Part shown: in pieces, positions 11,398-22,749 of the stretch
Position numbering within the stretch: position 1 is the first letter of the stretch
How the letters are laid out: each line of letters starts with the position of its first letter
Source of the DNA: Psammoneis japonica
Taxonomy: Eukaryota
Direction of reading: 5' to 3'
NCBI GenBank assembly: GCA_008632985.1
Contig: QPGO01000050.1
Location: 124,001 to 188,000 of the forward strand
Length of the DNA: 64,000 nucleotides
Position numbers and translations under genes: made by a program
Notes under the pieces: model-generated
Seen by the model: only the letters and a program-made list of their open reading frames with translations
What the model was told of the DNA's origin: nothing
Databases searched by the model: none

Positions 11398-13716
11398 CTA
11401 GTTAGCTGCAGGACGACTGAAACGGCCACGGCCGGTGTTCACTACAACAGTCTTTCCACCGTCGACAGCAGGTGCGGACTTCTCCTCACCATCTTCCGAA
11501 ACAGCAACGACAGGATACTTCCTGGTTGCCTGCTCCCACGTGAGCTTGTTATGCACAAACGCAAAGACGACAGAAGTGACTTCGTCCTTTGAAAGACGGA
11601 TCTGAACCATGGAATCCCGTTCACGAAGAGTCACGGTGTCGTCTTTCAGCGTATCAAAGTCGACTGTTACAGCAAAGGGAACGCCCAACTCATCCGCACG
11701 GGCGTATCGCCTACCAAGTGCAGCAGTCGATTTGTCAACCCTGGTGAATAAGTCGCTCTCCATCAAGTCAGCAGCAATTTCGTCAACCTTGTCAGAGAAG
11801 ATAGCAAGGAACGTAATAGGGCAGAGTTAGGCGAGACGGAACCACAACTAATTTGATACAAAAATTCTTAAAAGAAGCCATACAACGTACCACTTCGTTG
11901 ACTTCGGGGCTACTGCTAATGGGGAGAACGGCGCATTTCTGGGGTGCCACCTGGGGGTTGAAGCTCATGACAACACGTTGCTTATCCGCATCGCGCTGGT
12001 AGAAGCTGTGTTCCAGCAAAGAGTACAAGATACGACCCATACCGAAAGACGGTTCAATCACTGACGGGGTGAACTTGATTTCATGAACGACCTTCTTGGT
12101 TTTCTGATAAGTGAACATATCCTTGGTAACTTCAAATCCATCTACCATCGCTTTTCCATCCGTTTCGATAGCTGTGGCAATGGGTTCGAAATCAGCCCAA
12201 TCCTCGGCGAGAGTTTCGAGGGCACCACTCACAGCTCGCTGATCCTGTCGAAAGGCCTTTCCTAATGCCTTACGATCGAGCTTAAGTTTGGCCACGTCAA
12301 TCTCCTTTGGTTTATCCAGCTTCAGAGTGGCCAACATCGGAGTCTTTGTTACCTTTGCGTGAACATCTAAATCATAACACGCCCTATCAGCGTGGCCGAC
12401 GCATTCCACCCATCCATAACTGCTTTGAATTTCCAAGTCCCAACAGTCAGCAGCATAGTGGGCCATTTCAGTCGACAAATGCTGGCGGAACCGAAGTCGA
12501 GACGGATCCATCCCAATACGCTCCATGTACAACTGGGTCCGTGCCATGAAGTACGCGAGGGTTTCGTTATTGATCAATCCGGACTTGACAGCATCGCCTG
12601 CTGTGACAACCTTAGTTTTTCCGCTACCAAGCTGATCGTCTCTACCGAACAATACCAGCTCCTTGTCCTTTACCGACGCAAAGTTGGCATGCGATTTGTC
12701 CTTCGGATTGACAAAGTGCTCAATTTCACCCATGCAAAACTCGCGAACACGCAACAAGCCACTGCGCGGGGCAATTTCTTAAAAAAAAAAGTAAGGAAAA
12801 GGAATATCGTGAGTGCAGCCAACACAAAAGCAGAGCTTCATCCAGCACTTTCAGCTTACCGTTGCGAAAGCCCAAGCCGATTTGAGCGGCGGCGAAAGGC
12901 ATCTTCTGAGCATTTGCATCCAAAAGCCGCTTGAAATTGACAAAGAGACCCTGAGCCGTTTCGGTCTGAGATAACCAACACTGGTACCTTCGGGACCAAT
13001 ACTGGTCTTGAACATGAGGTTAAAGGGAAACGAAGGCGAGAATTCGTTGCCGGATGCAGTCTTGCAGCCATACGCCTTCAACTGTTCATCAAGCTCTGCT
13101 GGGCTGAAAGCATCAGCCTGGCGTTGGATACGTAGATGCACCTCCTTCTCTTCACTAGACAGCGTGGGATTCTTTTCGAGAAAATCGTCAATTGCATCCT
13201 CCAACAGCTTGTCGGCGCGAAAACAGTCCCCGGTTTCAACGTCCTTAACCATGAGATCCGTGAAGCGATCTACATGACCAGACGTCTTCAGAACTACTTC
13301 AGGAGTCAAGCAGGTGCACTCCATTTCCAGCATGCTTTCAGCTAACACGAAATGCTTTCGCCATAAGTCGATCATTGAAGCTTTGAGGGCACAAGCCGGA
13401 GGACCCAGATCGAAGAGGCCCTTCACTCCGCCGTGGATTTCAAACGAGGGTACAACAAACATTTTGCGCAGGATCAAATCATCGAATGCCTTGCGATTGA
13501 ACGCAGGTAAGCTAGAACCGTACTCCTTCTCGATTTGCTCCGCTTTGATTTTGAGACCCTGGAGCATTGTCACCGCTTCACTCACAGCGGCGGCATCAGC
13601 ACCGTCTTTCTTCAACTCCCTGACCCGAGATCCCTGTTTCGTAATCTTGGCATTCAATGCGTCAAGTTCGTCCTGCCACGACGTCGCCTTTTCTCGTTGG
13701 ACGATTCTGTCGTCAT
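11398..13716 (-). CDS. GARS: Glycyl-tRNA synthetase (eukaryotic class II) with N-terminal WHEP domain; two introns and apparent frameshifts
   Basis: [37 protein letters not shown] (broken by a 1-nt loss near 12960), [37 protein letters not shown]. Confidence 0.93.
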
Positions 13717-14265
13717 GTTGGAAGCGAACGCTCAATAATAGTTCCGAAGCTTGCTTACTTAGTAGTAGTCGTCTGAGAGGCGAGAGGCAGCAGAGAGAGA
13801 AGTGAAACGTGAGCCTTCCGTTGTTCATCGGCAACAAAGCAACAAACGCGGCTCCGCCAGCCGAAGCCCGACTGCCGATCACAGCAACATACGGAACAGC
13901 AGTGAGATTCCCAATTCCAAAGTTATTTTTTGGCGGGAAAACATCTCACATTATGTGATAGTAATAGATACCGAAAATTATTTGATACTGCTACATAGCC
14001 ACAGATTTTTCTTTAGGCATTTGTATAGAGCTTTTTGTTGTTTTATAAACTTAGAAAATGGTTAATTAATTAATATTGCGGCCAAATTCAACGGAAAGAT
14101 TAGTTTATTAGATGCTGTTTGAAATTTATGATATTTTGAAATTTTTGTTTTATATACAATTAAGTGCGTATATATATAGCAACGCAGAACGGGATTTGAG
14201 ATCTGATCACATTTCCCGCGTTTTTCGTCTGCTGTTGCAAGTTGCAAACTAAGCACAGTAGAGGA

Positions 14266-16049
14266 ATGAACATGTTACGGCGAATGAGCCGGTCTCAGCC
14301 AAAGGACGGCATCAGCGTGTTGAGTCAGGAGTCTTCCGCGGTGTCATCGGAAGAAAGGGAGTTGTCTGAAGTGTTGGAGTGCGTCGAGAAAGAAATAAGC
14401 GACGCGAGGGCGAAGGGTGTGCACGTCGATCCCAACTGCATTTTGCGAATGACCCGTTCGGCGGTAGAAGCGGCAACGGACGACAAAAAACTCGTGGAAC
14501 TTGATGCATTGCATAAAGTACGAACGGTTGGAGATCATTCCACCCTTGTGGATGTGTTAAAGGAGGACGACGCGTTTCAGCTTAGCATTACAGTGGAAGA
14601 TTCTCCCGAAAGATCGAAGGGGACAAAAAGTCTTGGCACACCCACCAAGATTGATGATGTGTCTTCATCAACATCAGTTGATACGGAATATTCTTCGGGA
14701 TCATTGTCCGTGTCATTCATTGATACGGACTCTCTGCTTGACAGTCAGGCAGGCGGGTGGAAGACCTCCGAGGTAATTCAATCATTCCACCTGATGAATA
14801 TCAGACGTCTGACACTCGGCAGACTCCCGAAACATATTTCAGTGATGACTGCGAAACGGAGGGTGCGCACCGGCAGGAGAATACTGCTATTGAAATAACA
14901 CTTTCTTCTTTTCAGAGAGTCGAGGGTGATGCTCCTGTCGAACCGAAAGAGTCTTCAGAAGAAAGCTGTGAAGTCCTTCTAGCGACGTTTTTGGAAAGCC
15001 TGGAGAATCATGAAATATCGGTGTTGAAGGTTGAAGACCCCGAGCTCGATGAACTAAACATTGCTCTTGCAAATACAGTGGTCAAATCAACGGACGTAAC
15101 GGATGACACTGACTTTGTTTCCACCAACGACTCGAGCAAACAGAATGAAACAAGTAAAGAAACGCTCAACGTTGTATTTGTCGATGACAAAGTCCAAGTC
15201 GTGGACCGTGCGAAAAACAAGTTTGTAGAAATGGATCTCAAACAGCCTGGTGACAGGAAGCATCGTAGAGCTTTTTCTCGAACCTCCTCGAAGAACAAGT
15301 GGAAGCCTCTTGTCTCGATGAAGAAGCTGAACCGACGAAAAAAACGAAACAGGGCCCCCCTTGCTCACGATGCGTCTGAAGTCGATGTTCATGAAGTCGA
15401 TGATGATGAAGTAGAACCTTCCGAAACAGAAGAGTCGTCAGCAAAAATGCATTACGTTGTAACTGTAAGTACTCGCAGCTCTGTTACGGCTCACCAAAAC
15501 CAAACAATTCTCACGCCTCTGTCGCTTCTCGACTTCTTTTAAGTGCCACCACAAGACAAAGAAACCACGCGGCAAAGTCAGGTTTCCACCCATTGAAGAA
15601 GAGGACTACGATCTCCGGGATTCTGAATACGACTCTGATTACAGCGTCGGAGATGATTCGGAAACGGATGAGGTTGATCTCTTTGATCTGTTTGTTGAAG
15701 CGCTCGTCCAAAAGATGGAGCAAATGTGTACCCAGAAAAAATCGAGGGTAACGAGATCTACGAGGAGTCGTCACCGCGACAGGAACGCATGGCACGGTGC
15801 AGTGCTAGAGAGACGACAGCAGTCTGTTATCGACACCTTCGGAAGCAATTCACTTCTATATAAGTCAGGCATTCGTCCAGAAGAAAATCGCTTGGGGCAA
15901 GAGATTCATGTAACGTAGGCTACAATGCTACTAACATCGACGATAATGATAGCAGAGCAACAGGGTCATCCTTGACGGGACAGGACTCTGTTGTTTATGA
16001 TTTGCAGGTTGATGAAAGAACCGGAAGTCCAAAGCTTTTGCGCATGTGA
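14266..16049 (+). CDS. Hypothetical acidic/low-complexity protein, paralog of 27026-28529; intron 15465-15543; apparent frameshifts
   Basis: Shared blocks SVLSQESS..LSEVLE.VEKE, FQLSITV, DKVQV.D..N K.VEM.L, DLFDLFVEAL.QKME, TGSSLTGQ, and the same intron position. Confidence 0.65.
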
Positions 16050-16134
16050 TTGTGTCAGAGTTATCTCTCTACTAAACGCAGAGTTTTTCGGTTCATGAGG
16101 CCATATTATAGAGATTATAGATGGGAGCCTTAAT

Positions 16135-18090
16135 CACTGTAGCTCGCAAAATTCGTAGATGCACAGTTAGAGTCCATTTCATGTATAGATGCCCACAAGG
16201 ACTGGCTGCATTCCTTTCTGCGCTGACTGCATCCCATGCATTGCACTCGTCCAGATGCACCCCATGCTTTTAAGACAGAGACCACTTGGAAATGAAAGGA
16301 AAAATTGAAAAATGACAGGCGTGTAATTTTTTTCGACAATTGGAAAGGAGAGGATGCACAATTGCCAGCCAAGACATGATGAAACTTCTAAAAGGCAGTG
16401 GGTGCCAATTGGGTGTTTGTCCAAACTCGAGAAGATTCTGCTGCTCAAATCCCCAAGGCCAGGCACACATGGATGTCAAAGGCATGCCCAATTTCTGTTT
16501 GATGTGCAAAAGCAAGTTGCACAAGAAAAAGTGGACAAAACATCAGAGCACAGCACAGCTCTGATGGCCATGGGCTCACTCAATTGAAAGACAGTGGGCA
16601 GTGTTGCACTTGGCAACATGAACTTTGTTTGCAAGGAAAATCTCACAAACGGTCAATGCCCCAATTCCACAGGTGCACGCAGATGTGGCAGAGATGGTGT
16701 CGTGCTGCATGGTTCTTCCAGAAAATGCAATGTTTGAATGACAGCAGAGATTTTGGCTGCTGTGTGATTCCCAAGCGAGCTCCTCCAGTTGGTGGCAATC
16801 AGAGAGCAAAACCCCAGAGTTGCCCTCCATCTGGAAATCATTGTTGCTCTTGTTCAGAGCTGATCTGCACTTGACAAGAAGCCTGTGTTCTCAACAAGTG
16901 AAATCTTGACAACATGAATTTTGTGCACATTTGCAATGCAATGATTTTGAATGTTGCTGTGTCAACAATTGAGCCAATCATGAAAGCTGGAGATGACAAT
17001 GAGTGGCACATGCAACTGGCCAGCTGACACAGCTCATTTCCAATGACAATCGCACAAATCGATCTCATTGGCTCTCTTTTTCATTGGCTGCATGTCGCTG
17101 ACAATGCCAACAATTTGATTTGCACATGTTGCAATTTGGGTTTCTGGCAATGTCAGCTTGATGCAGCTGCATGTTCTCATCCTCCACTTTTTTGCTCCCT
17201 TGTCTTTGCTCTTTCCTTTTTTTCTTTGTTCTTCCAGCATCTTTCACTGTCTGCATGACATCTTCTTGTTCTTGGCTGGCTGTGCTGGCACCACCATGTC
17301 ATGCTCCAACTGGCATCTACACTTCAACTGGTGTCATGCTCCCATCACTTGTCTTTCAACAATTGTCAGCTTCTTGTTCTGGTGGTGTGCATGTCGCTCA
17401 TCCTGCAAGGGAGATCAAAGCAATGCCTGCCAGAAGAAATCAGAGAAATCATGAGTTTTGCATGTTTGATTTGGCAGCTCTCTCACAATCATGCTGCCTC
17501 CACTGACACTTGTGCTGCAACATTGCAGCATTGTGTTTCCTGCTTGCACAACTCACTTTAATTTGTCTGGGTGTCATGGATGAGTGAAAGTGCCTGTTTT
17601 TTTGCATTGTTCTGAAATCTGCTTGCTTTTGCAGACACTTCTGATCTTTCATTTTTCTCATTGCTTTTTTTGTTTGGGTGTGTGCAGCCCTTGGTTTTGT
17701 TGGTGCTTTCCCACAATGCATGATTGCACACAGGATGCTTGGGCACATCCTCTGCATTTTGTGTTGTTTTTTGTGTGGCAGCAATGATGCATTTTTTGGT
17801 GCAATGCCAAGCTGCCAGTGGGCTTGGTGGTCATTGTTTGCATCATTTTGCTGGCAGCATTTTTTCAAAAGCCTTTCATTTTGTGTGCTCTCAAAGTCTG
17901 TTAAATTGTTTGGGTTGACTTGAATGAACCAGTCAATTGGTCTTTGTTGTCACAGCATTTCAGTTGGTGGGCCTGTGAGCTGTCATTTGCTCAGCAGCTG
18001 GACATTGAACATTGTTTCAATCACATGCAACACATCATCTTTTGTCAAAGAAGCTTTTTGTGCCATCTCAGTTTTCACAAAATTCAACTT
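16135..18090. mobile_element. Degenerate repeat DNA of unassigned family at the left end of the TE block
   Basis: Switch to TpA/CpG-poor, TG/CA-rich sequence from ~16200. No intact ORF. Begins CACTGTAG, a possible TIR end, but no partner was found. Confidence 0.5.
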
Positions 18091-19950
18091 CTCTAAACTC
18101 CACACTGAAAGCCACCACCAAGCCAACAGCTGCAAGCTGAGGGCACTGGGCTGACAGTGTCCAGTGGTGTGTCCCAGGTGACACTTTCAGAGCTGTGGCT
18201 GAGCATTGCAAGGTTGATCTTGTGGCATTGTGCCCCTGTGTCATGTCATGCAAAAGAGTGGCAGACTTGAACTTGCAAACTCACTCCAGAGTGAAAGGAA
18301 GATCTCCCCATGAGACAGTGCCCACCAAACCACAAAACTGCCCACAGAAGACACTGGTGGCAGCATCTGGTGGACCTGGGGTGAGACTTCAAGAGCTGTT
18401 GTTGTGCATTGCAAGGTTGATCTTGTGGTGTTGTGGCAGCACCATGTCATCTTGTCCCCAAGAACAGGAGCAGACTTGAACTTTCAAACTCCAGAGTGAA
18501 AGAAGGGCCCCATGACAGCACCAACCAACCTGACCATCATTGCAAGATGAGGGCACTTGAAGTGTGTGGTGTGCCCCATGTGACTGCTTTAAGAGCTGTG
18601 CTTGAGCATTGCAAGGTTGATCTTGTGGTGCTGTGGCCTCACATCATGTTGTCCCCAACAGCAGACAGCAGATGAGTCTCCATGCAGAGACCATCACAGG
18701 AGCCAAAAAACTGGTGTCATGATGTCGGTGCTGCATGCTGTCATTGTTCTTGTGAGCCAAGTGGCTTGAAAGCAAACTGCATCGCACAACGCGCATGGAA
18801 CCAAGAGCACACACAATATGTGTGACAAACTAAAATCTTGTTCAAATCCTGTCACCAGCAGACTTGACTTTCCCAACTCCAGGAGTGCAGGGATCCCACA
18901 CCAGTGGCACCAACCAACCCAACAACTGACACCAGCAGAGGGCACCACTGGTTGTCTTTGGTGTGCCCCAGGTGACACTCCAACCATGGTTGGCTGAGCA
19001 TTGCAAGGTTGATCTCATGCGGCATTGTGGCCCTGTGTTGTGCTCTGCCCAATGACTGCTGCAGACTTTGACTTCCAAGCTCCCAAATGCAGCAAGTCTG
19101 ACCAGCCAATCTAACAACTGCAAGCTGAGGGCACTGGTGGTCTGCAGCAGATCCCAGGTGACAGTTTAAGAACTTTGGCTGGATGCTGCAAGGTTGCATG
19201 TTGTGGTGTTGTGGCCCCATGCCACCTTCTCCCCAACAGGAGTGCACAGACTTGAGCTTCCAAGCTCTGGAGTGAAATGTTCCCATGACAGTGCCAGCAG
19301 AGGACACTGAAGGTGTCTGCTGACAGACCCCAGGTGACACTTCAAGAGTTGTTGTTTGGGCACTTCAAGAGGTTGTTGGCACTGCGGCATTGTGGCTTGT
19401 TGTCACCTTGTTCCCAAACAGGAGGAGCAGACTTGAGCCCCCAAACTCCAGAGTGAAAGGACCCCATGACAGTGCCAACCAACCTGACAATTGTTGGGCA
19501 TCATTGCAAGGTTGACCTTGTGGTGCTGTGGCTCCATGTCTCTTCAGCCCCACAGGAGCAGACTTGAACTTGTTCCAAACTCCAGAGTGAAAGGAGCCCA
19601 CCATGACAGCACCCACCAACCTGACAACTGCAAGCTGAGGGCATTGGTGGTCTCTGGTGGAACCAAGGTGGCAGTTTGAGAACTGTGGTTGGATGTGGCA
19701 AGGAAGGTTGATGTTGTGGTGTTGTGGCCACATGTCACCTTGTGCCCAACAGCAGCAGACTTGAACTTCCAAACTCTCAAGTGAAACAACCCTGCGACAG
19801 TGCCAACCAACCCAACAACTGCAAGCTGAGAACATTGGCAGCCTCTGCTGGACCAAAGGCAACAGTTTAAGAGCTGCAGCTGGACATCGCACTGAGGTTG
19901 ATGTTGTGGTGTTGTGGCCCCATGTCACCTTGTCTCCGCCAGGAGCAGAA
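18090..19950. repeat. Degenerate tandem array, about 9 units of ~185-203 bp, with an unrelated ~170 bp interruption (~18680-18850)
   Basis: Recurring GCATTGCAAGGTTGATCTTGTGG-like motif at 18203, 18406, 18606, 18998, ~19183, 19501, ~19700, ~19890. Recurring GCAGACTTGAAC...AAACTCCAGAGTGAAA-like motif in each unit. Confidence 0.88.
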
Positions 19951-19959
19951 ACAAGAATG

Positions 19960-22700
19960 TGTGCACATGGCTCATCATCAAGTCAATCTGGACAGCATGA
20001 CATGTCAACTGCAGCTCCCACTTTCCTCAACAATCCAAGGATGGAGTCAACAATGCATCTTCCTGCCTGTTGGCACAGCAAGGTGGTGCATTCATTCCAG
20101 CTCTGGGCACAATTTGATGTTTTTTTTTCACATTCTCTGCCTTTTTTGCAAATGCTGCCATCTTTGTCAACACAACCTGCTTGCTCTTTGGACTCTGGTG
20201 CTGGAGGTGTGATGTGATGCTTTTTGTCACAGCACATCTGAAAATGATTGGCAACTCTGACAAATTCAGCAATGATGCAGGCCCTTTGCCATTGGGAAAA
20301 GAGCCATTGGTGTGGAAGGTTCCTGTGCTGGTGACTCTCCAACCAACTGATTTCCTCCAACATGTGTTTGTTCTACAGCGGCACCTGGCACAGGCAAAAC
20401 TGACTGCAACAGCGCCGCAGCTCCACGGAAGCTTGGGCTCAATGGGTTGACTGTGTGTGCCAAAAGATTGACTTTGGAGTCTGGATTCCATGACTCAATG
20501 TTCTTGTTGAAGCAAACCCAGAGCACCTCTCAGCAGCCAGCCATTTCTGGCTCCAGCCAGAAGTGTTCCTCAGTTCCACATTCTCTGTGCTGTGGCAAAC
20601 ATCACAATTTTTTCTCAATGTGGCTGTCATGTTCCATGTGGAATGACATGATTTGCAAGTTGCCATGGGGTGGTGTGCGGTTGTTTTTTTGCAACTTCTC
20701 TCAACTTTGTGGCTGCAAAAGTGGCACCAATTCATGATGTGAAGCAGGTGTGACATGTGTGATGAAGAAAATGGCATGCTTGATTTCACAATTGCAGCAT
20801 TTGATCCATCAAAATCAGTGCTCATTGTTCATGTGTGATTTTCTCCCATTGTGGCATCATGTTCCAGCACCTTTTTCCCAGCTTCTGCTCAGCTGCATCT
20901 GTGTCAACAAAATTCTGAACATTCTAGAAAATTGGGTGCCAACTTGTCTCATGACCCCAACTTGTCTCATGACCAGCTGTGCAAAACATGGTGTTGCACA
21001 TCCATCACACTCAAACTCAAGGACCACAATGATTGGCAAGCGCTGTTTGTGGCATCAATCAACATTGTTTGCCTCTCCTGGGTCATGTTGCACAGCAGAA
21101 TCACATTCAATGTGTCGCTCACTTTGACCCATTCAACCATGCATTGTTCAATGACGGAACCATCTCTCAACAAGCTTGAAAGTTCAATGGTCACTTGAAT
21201 GCTGTGGGTTGTGTGTGTTGAGTTAGAGAGCTGTCAGCACCATTTTGGTGGAGCTGCAAGACAGCACGTTGGCAACACTTGTCATGGTGCACCCTCTTTT
21301 GATGTTTTCCAGCAGTGCTTTTTGCAGTTCCCCCACAAAGTCCAGATGGAGCTGATGTGTGTGGCACTTGTTCCCCCAGACAAAAATGCAGCAGGAGCAC
21401 CCCAAAATGCAGGCAATCAAATGGAAGGTTTTCCAACCACATGAACAAATTCTCAACAAAATCAAAACTCACATGATGAGAGATTGCACATTTTGAAGCC
21501 ATTTCAACCCTCATCTGTGGACATTGATCACTGCAGAGAAAATGCCAGAGATGTGCAATTTTCAACAGGCAACCACAATGAAATCATTCAAGAATCAAGC
21601 GACAGAACAAAGCACAGTTGATGTTTGTGAAAATTGTGTGTTGGTGGAAATTGCAGCCACAAGTGTGAAAATCATTGTTGTTGTTCATTGTTCTTCTGTA
21701 AAGTGCAAAAACATCATGTTGCAGATGCCAACATTGCTTCTCACTCCCATGCCAAAATTGCTGCCTGAAGCAGCTTGAGCACCAGCCCCATGTCATGGAG
21801 ATCTGCAGGATGACATTTGGCCATGTTGCCACAACAGTTTTCCAAGAAGCACTGGGGGGGGAGGGGGGGGGGGGGGCACACCTGACAATCACAGCAGCCT
21901 TTCCAGGTGCAGCAGTGGCAACAAGGCATGGCAAAAGCTGATCATCTGTTTGCACAGCTTTTGTTTCCAGGAGGGGGGAGCCAACAGTTGCAGCACCACT
22001 GTCTCCAATTGGCCCAGTGCTGCTTGCTGCCACCTTGCACATGCCTGCTGACATTGCAAGTGGTGCACAATGCCACACACCTTGCTGAGCCTTTTTTTCC
22101 TGCTTTGCTGCTCACAAGTTGCAGAATGGCTGCCACCAGTGCATGCCATCTTTTGCTTTGGAGCCAGCCCTTGCTGCTGCAAAGCAGAAGCAAGGTCATG
22201 TGTTCTTGGAGCTTCTCCAATTCATTTGTGAAATGGCTGCTTCCAAGAGCAAGCGTCTTGCTCCTCTGCTCTGCAATGCTGTGACAAAGGCTTGGTTTCT
22301 CAAAAGCTGTTGAGCTGGCTGAACAAGAAAGGAGCTTCAGCTTCTCATGCTGCTGCACACCAGTTTGGGAATGTCAGGGCACATCATTCCAGGTGCTCAC
22401 CAAAGAAACAAAGGGCCTGCAGCACTTTGTCAACAAAGTGCCATTGTCATTTGTCCTTGAGTTGTTTGGCAGCACAGCACATTTTGGCTCAAAAGTGTGC
22501 TGGGCCCTGCTCTCTTTTTCTCACAGGGTGCAGTCCAGGTGGGTTGCACCAGCACACTCCACGCTCCTTGATTGGCTGCTGCTGTGTGGACACCCCCCCC
22601 CCAGCACCCCCTCCAGCCACAGCAACTTTGCTGTCATGCATTCATTGGTGCCAAGCTGTTCAAAAGTGCCTTTTTCTTGCTCAAAACCACCATGAAGTCT
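19960..22700 (-). mobile_element. Mutator-like (MULE) DDE transposase relic, pseudogenised
   Basis: Ordered minus-strand motifs MLIDATN..SLSVMD (~21060), STDFD....I...MP....H..LLH (~20820), NKNIESWN (~20500), then a Cys-rich possible SWIM remnant (~20080). Limits approximate; 21600-22700 assigned only by contiguity. Confidence 0.65.
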
Positions 22701-22749
22701 GCCAAGCCAAATGGACATCATTGGAGTTTTTTGCTTGGCAAGAGTTGGG

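Noticed and set aside
12950..12970. Frameshifts in GARS, JmjC, NPL4-like, KEA and the 14.3 kb gene as programmed frameshifting or pseudogenisation
   Set aside because: Most are single-base losses in short homopolymers inside otherwise intact conserved genes, typical of long-read consensus error. Needs read-level checking.
16135..16145. CACTG-type terminal inverted repeat of a CACTA element
   Set aside because: No matching opposite end or CACTA transposase motif was found.
16590..17050. Possible Ulp1 protease or RING remnants on the minus strand
   Set aside because: Only weak, frame-hopping resemblance; Cys/His patterns arise easily from TG/CA enrichment.
18090..19950. CRISPR array
   Set aside because: Units are ~190 bp and similar along their length with no unique spacers. 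Context is eukaryotic and there are no cas genes.
21855..21877. Long G tract as a functional G-quadruplex
   Set aside because: It lies within dead TE sequence, probably former poly-Pro codons, and homopolymer length is unreliable.
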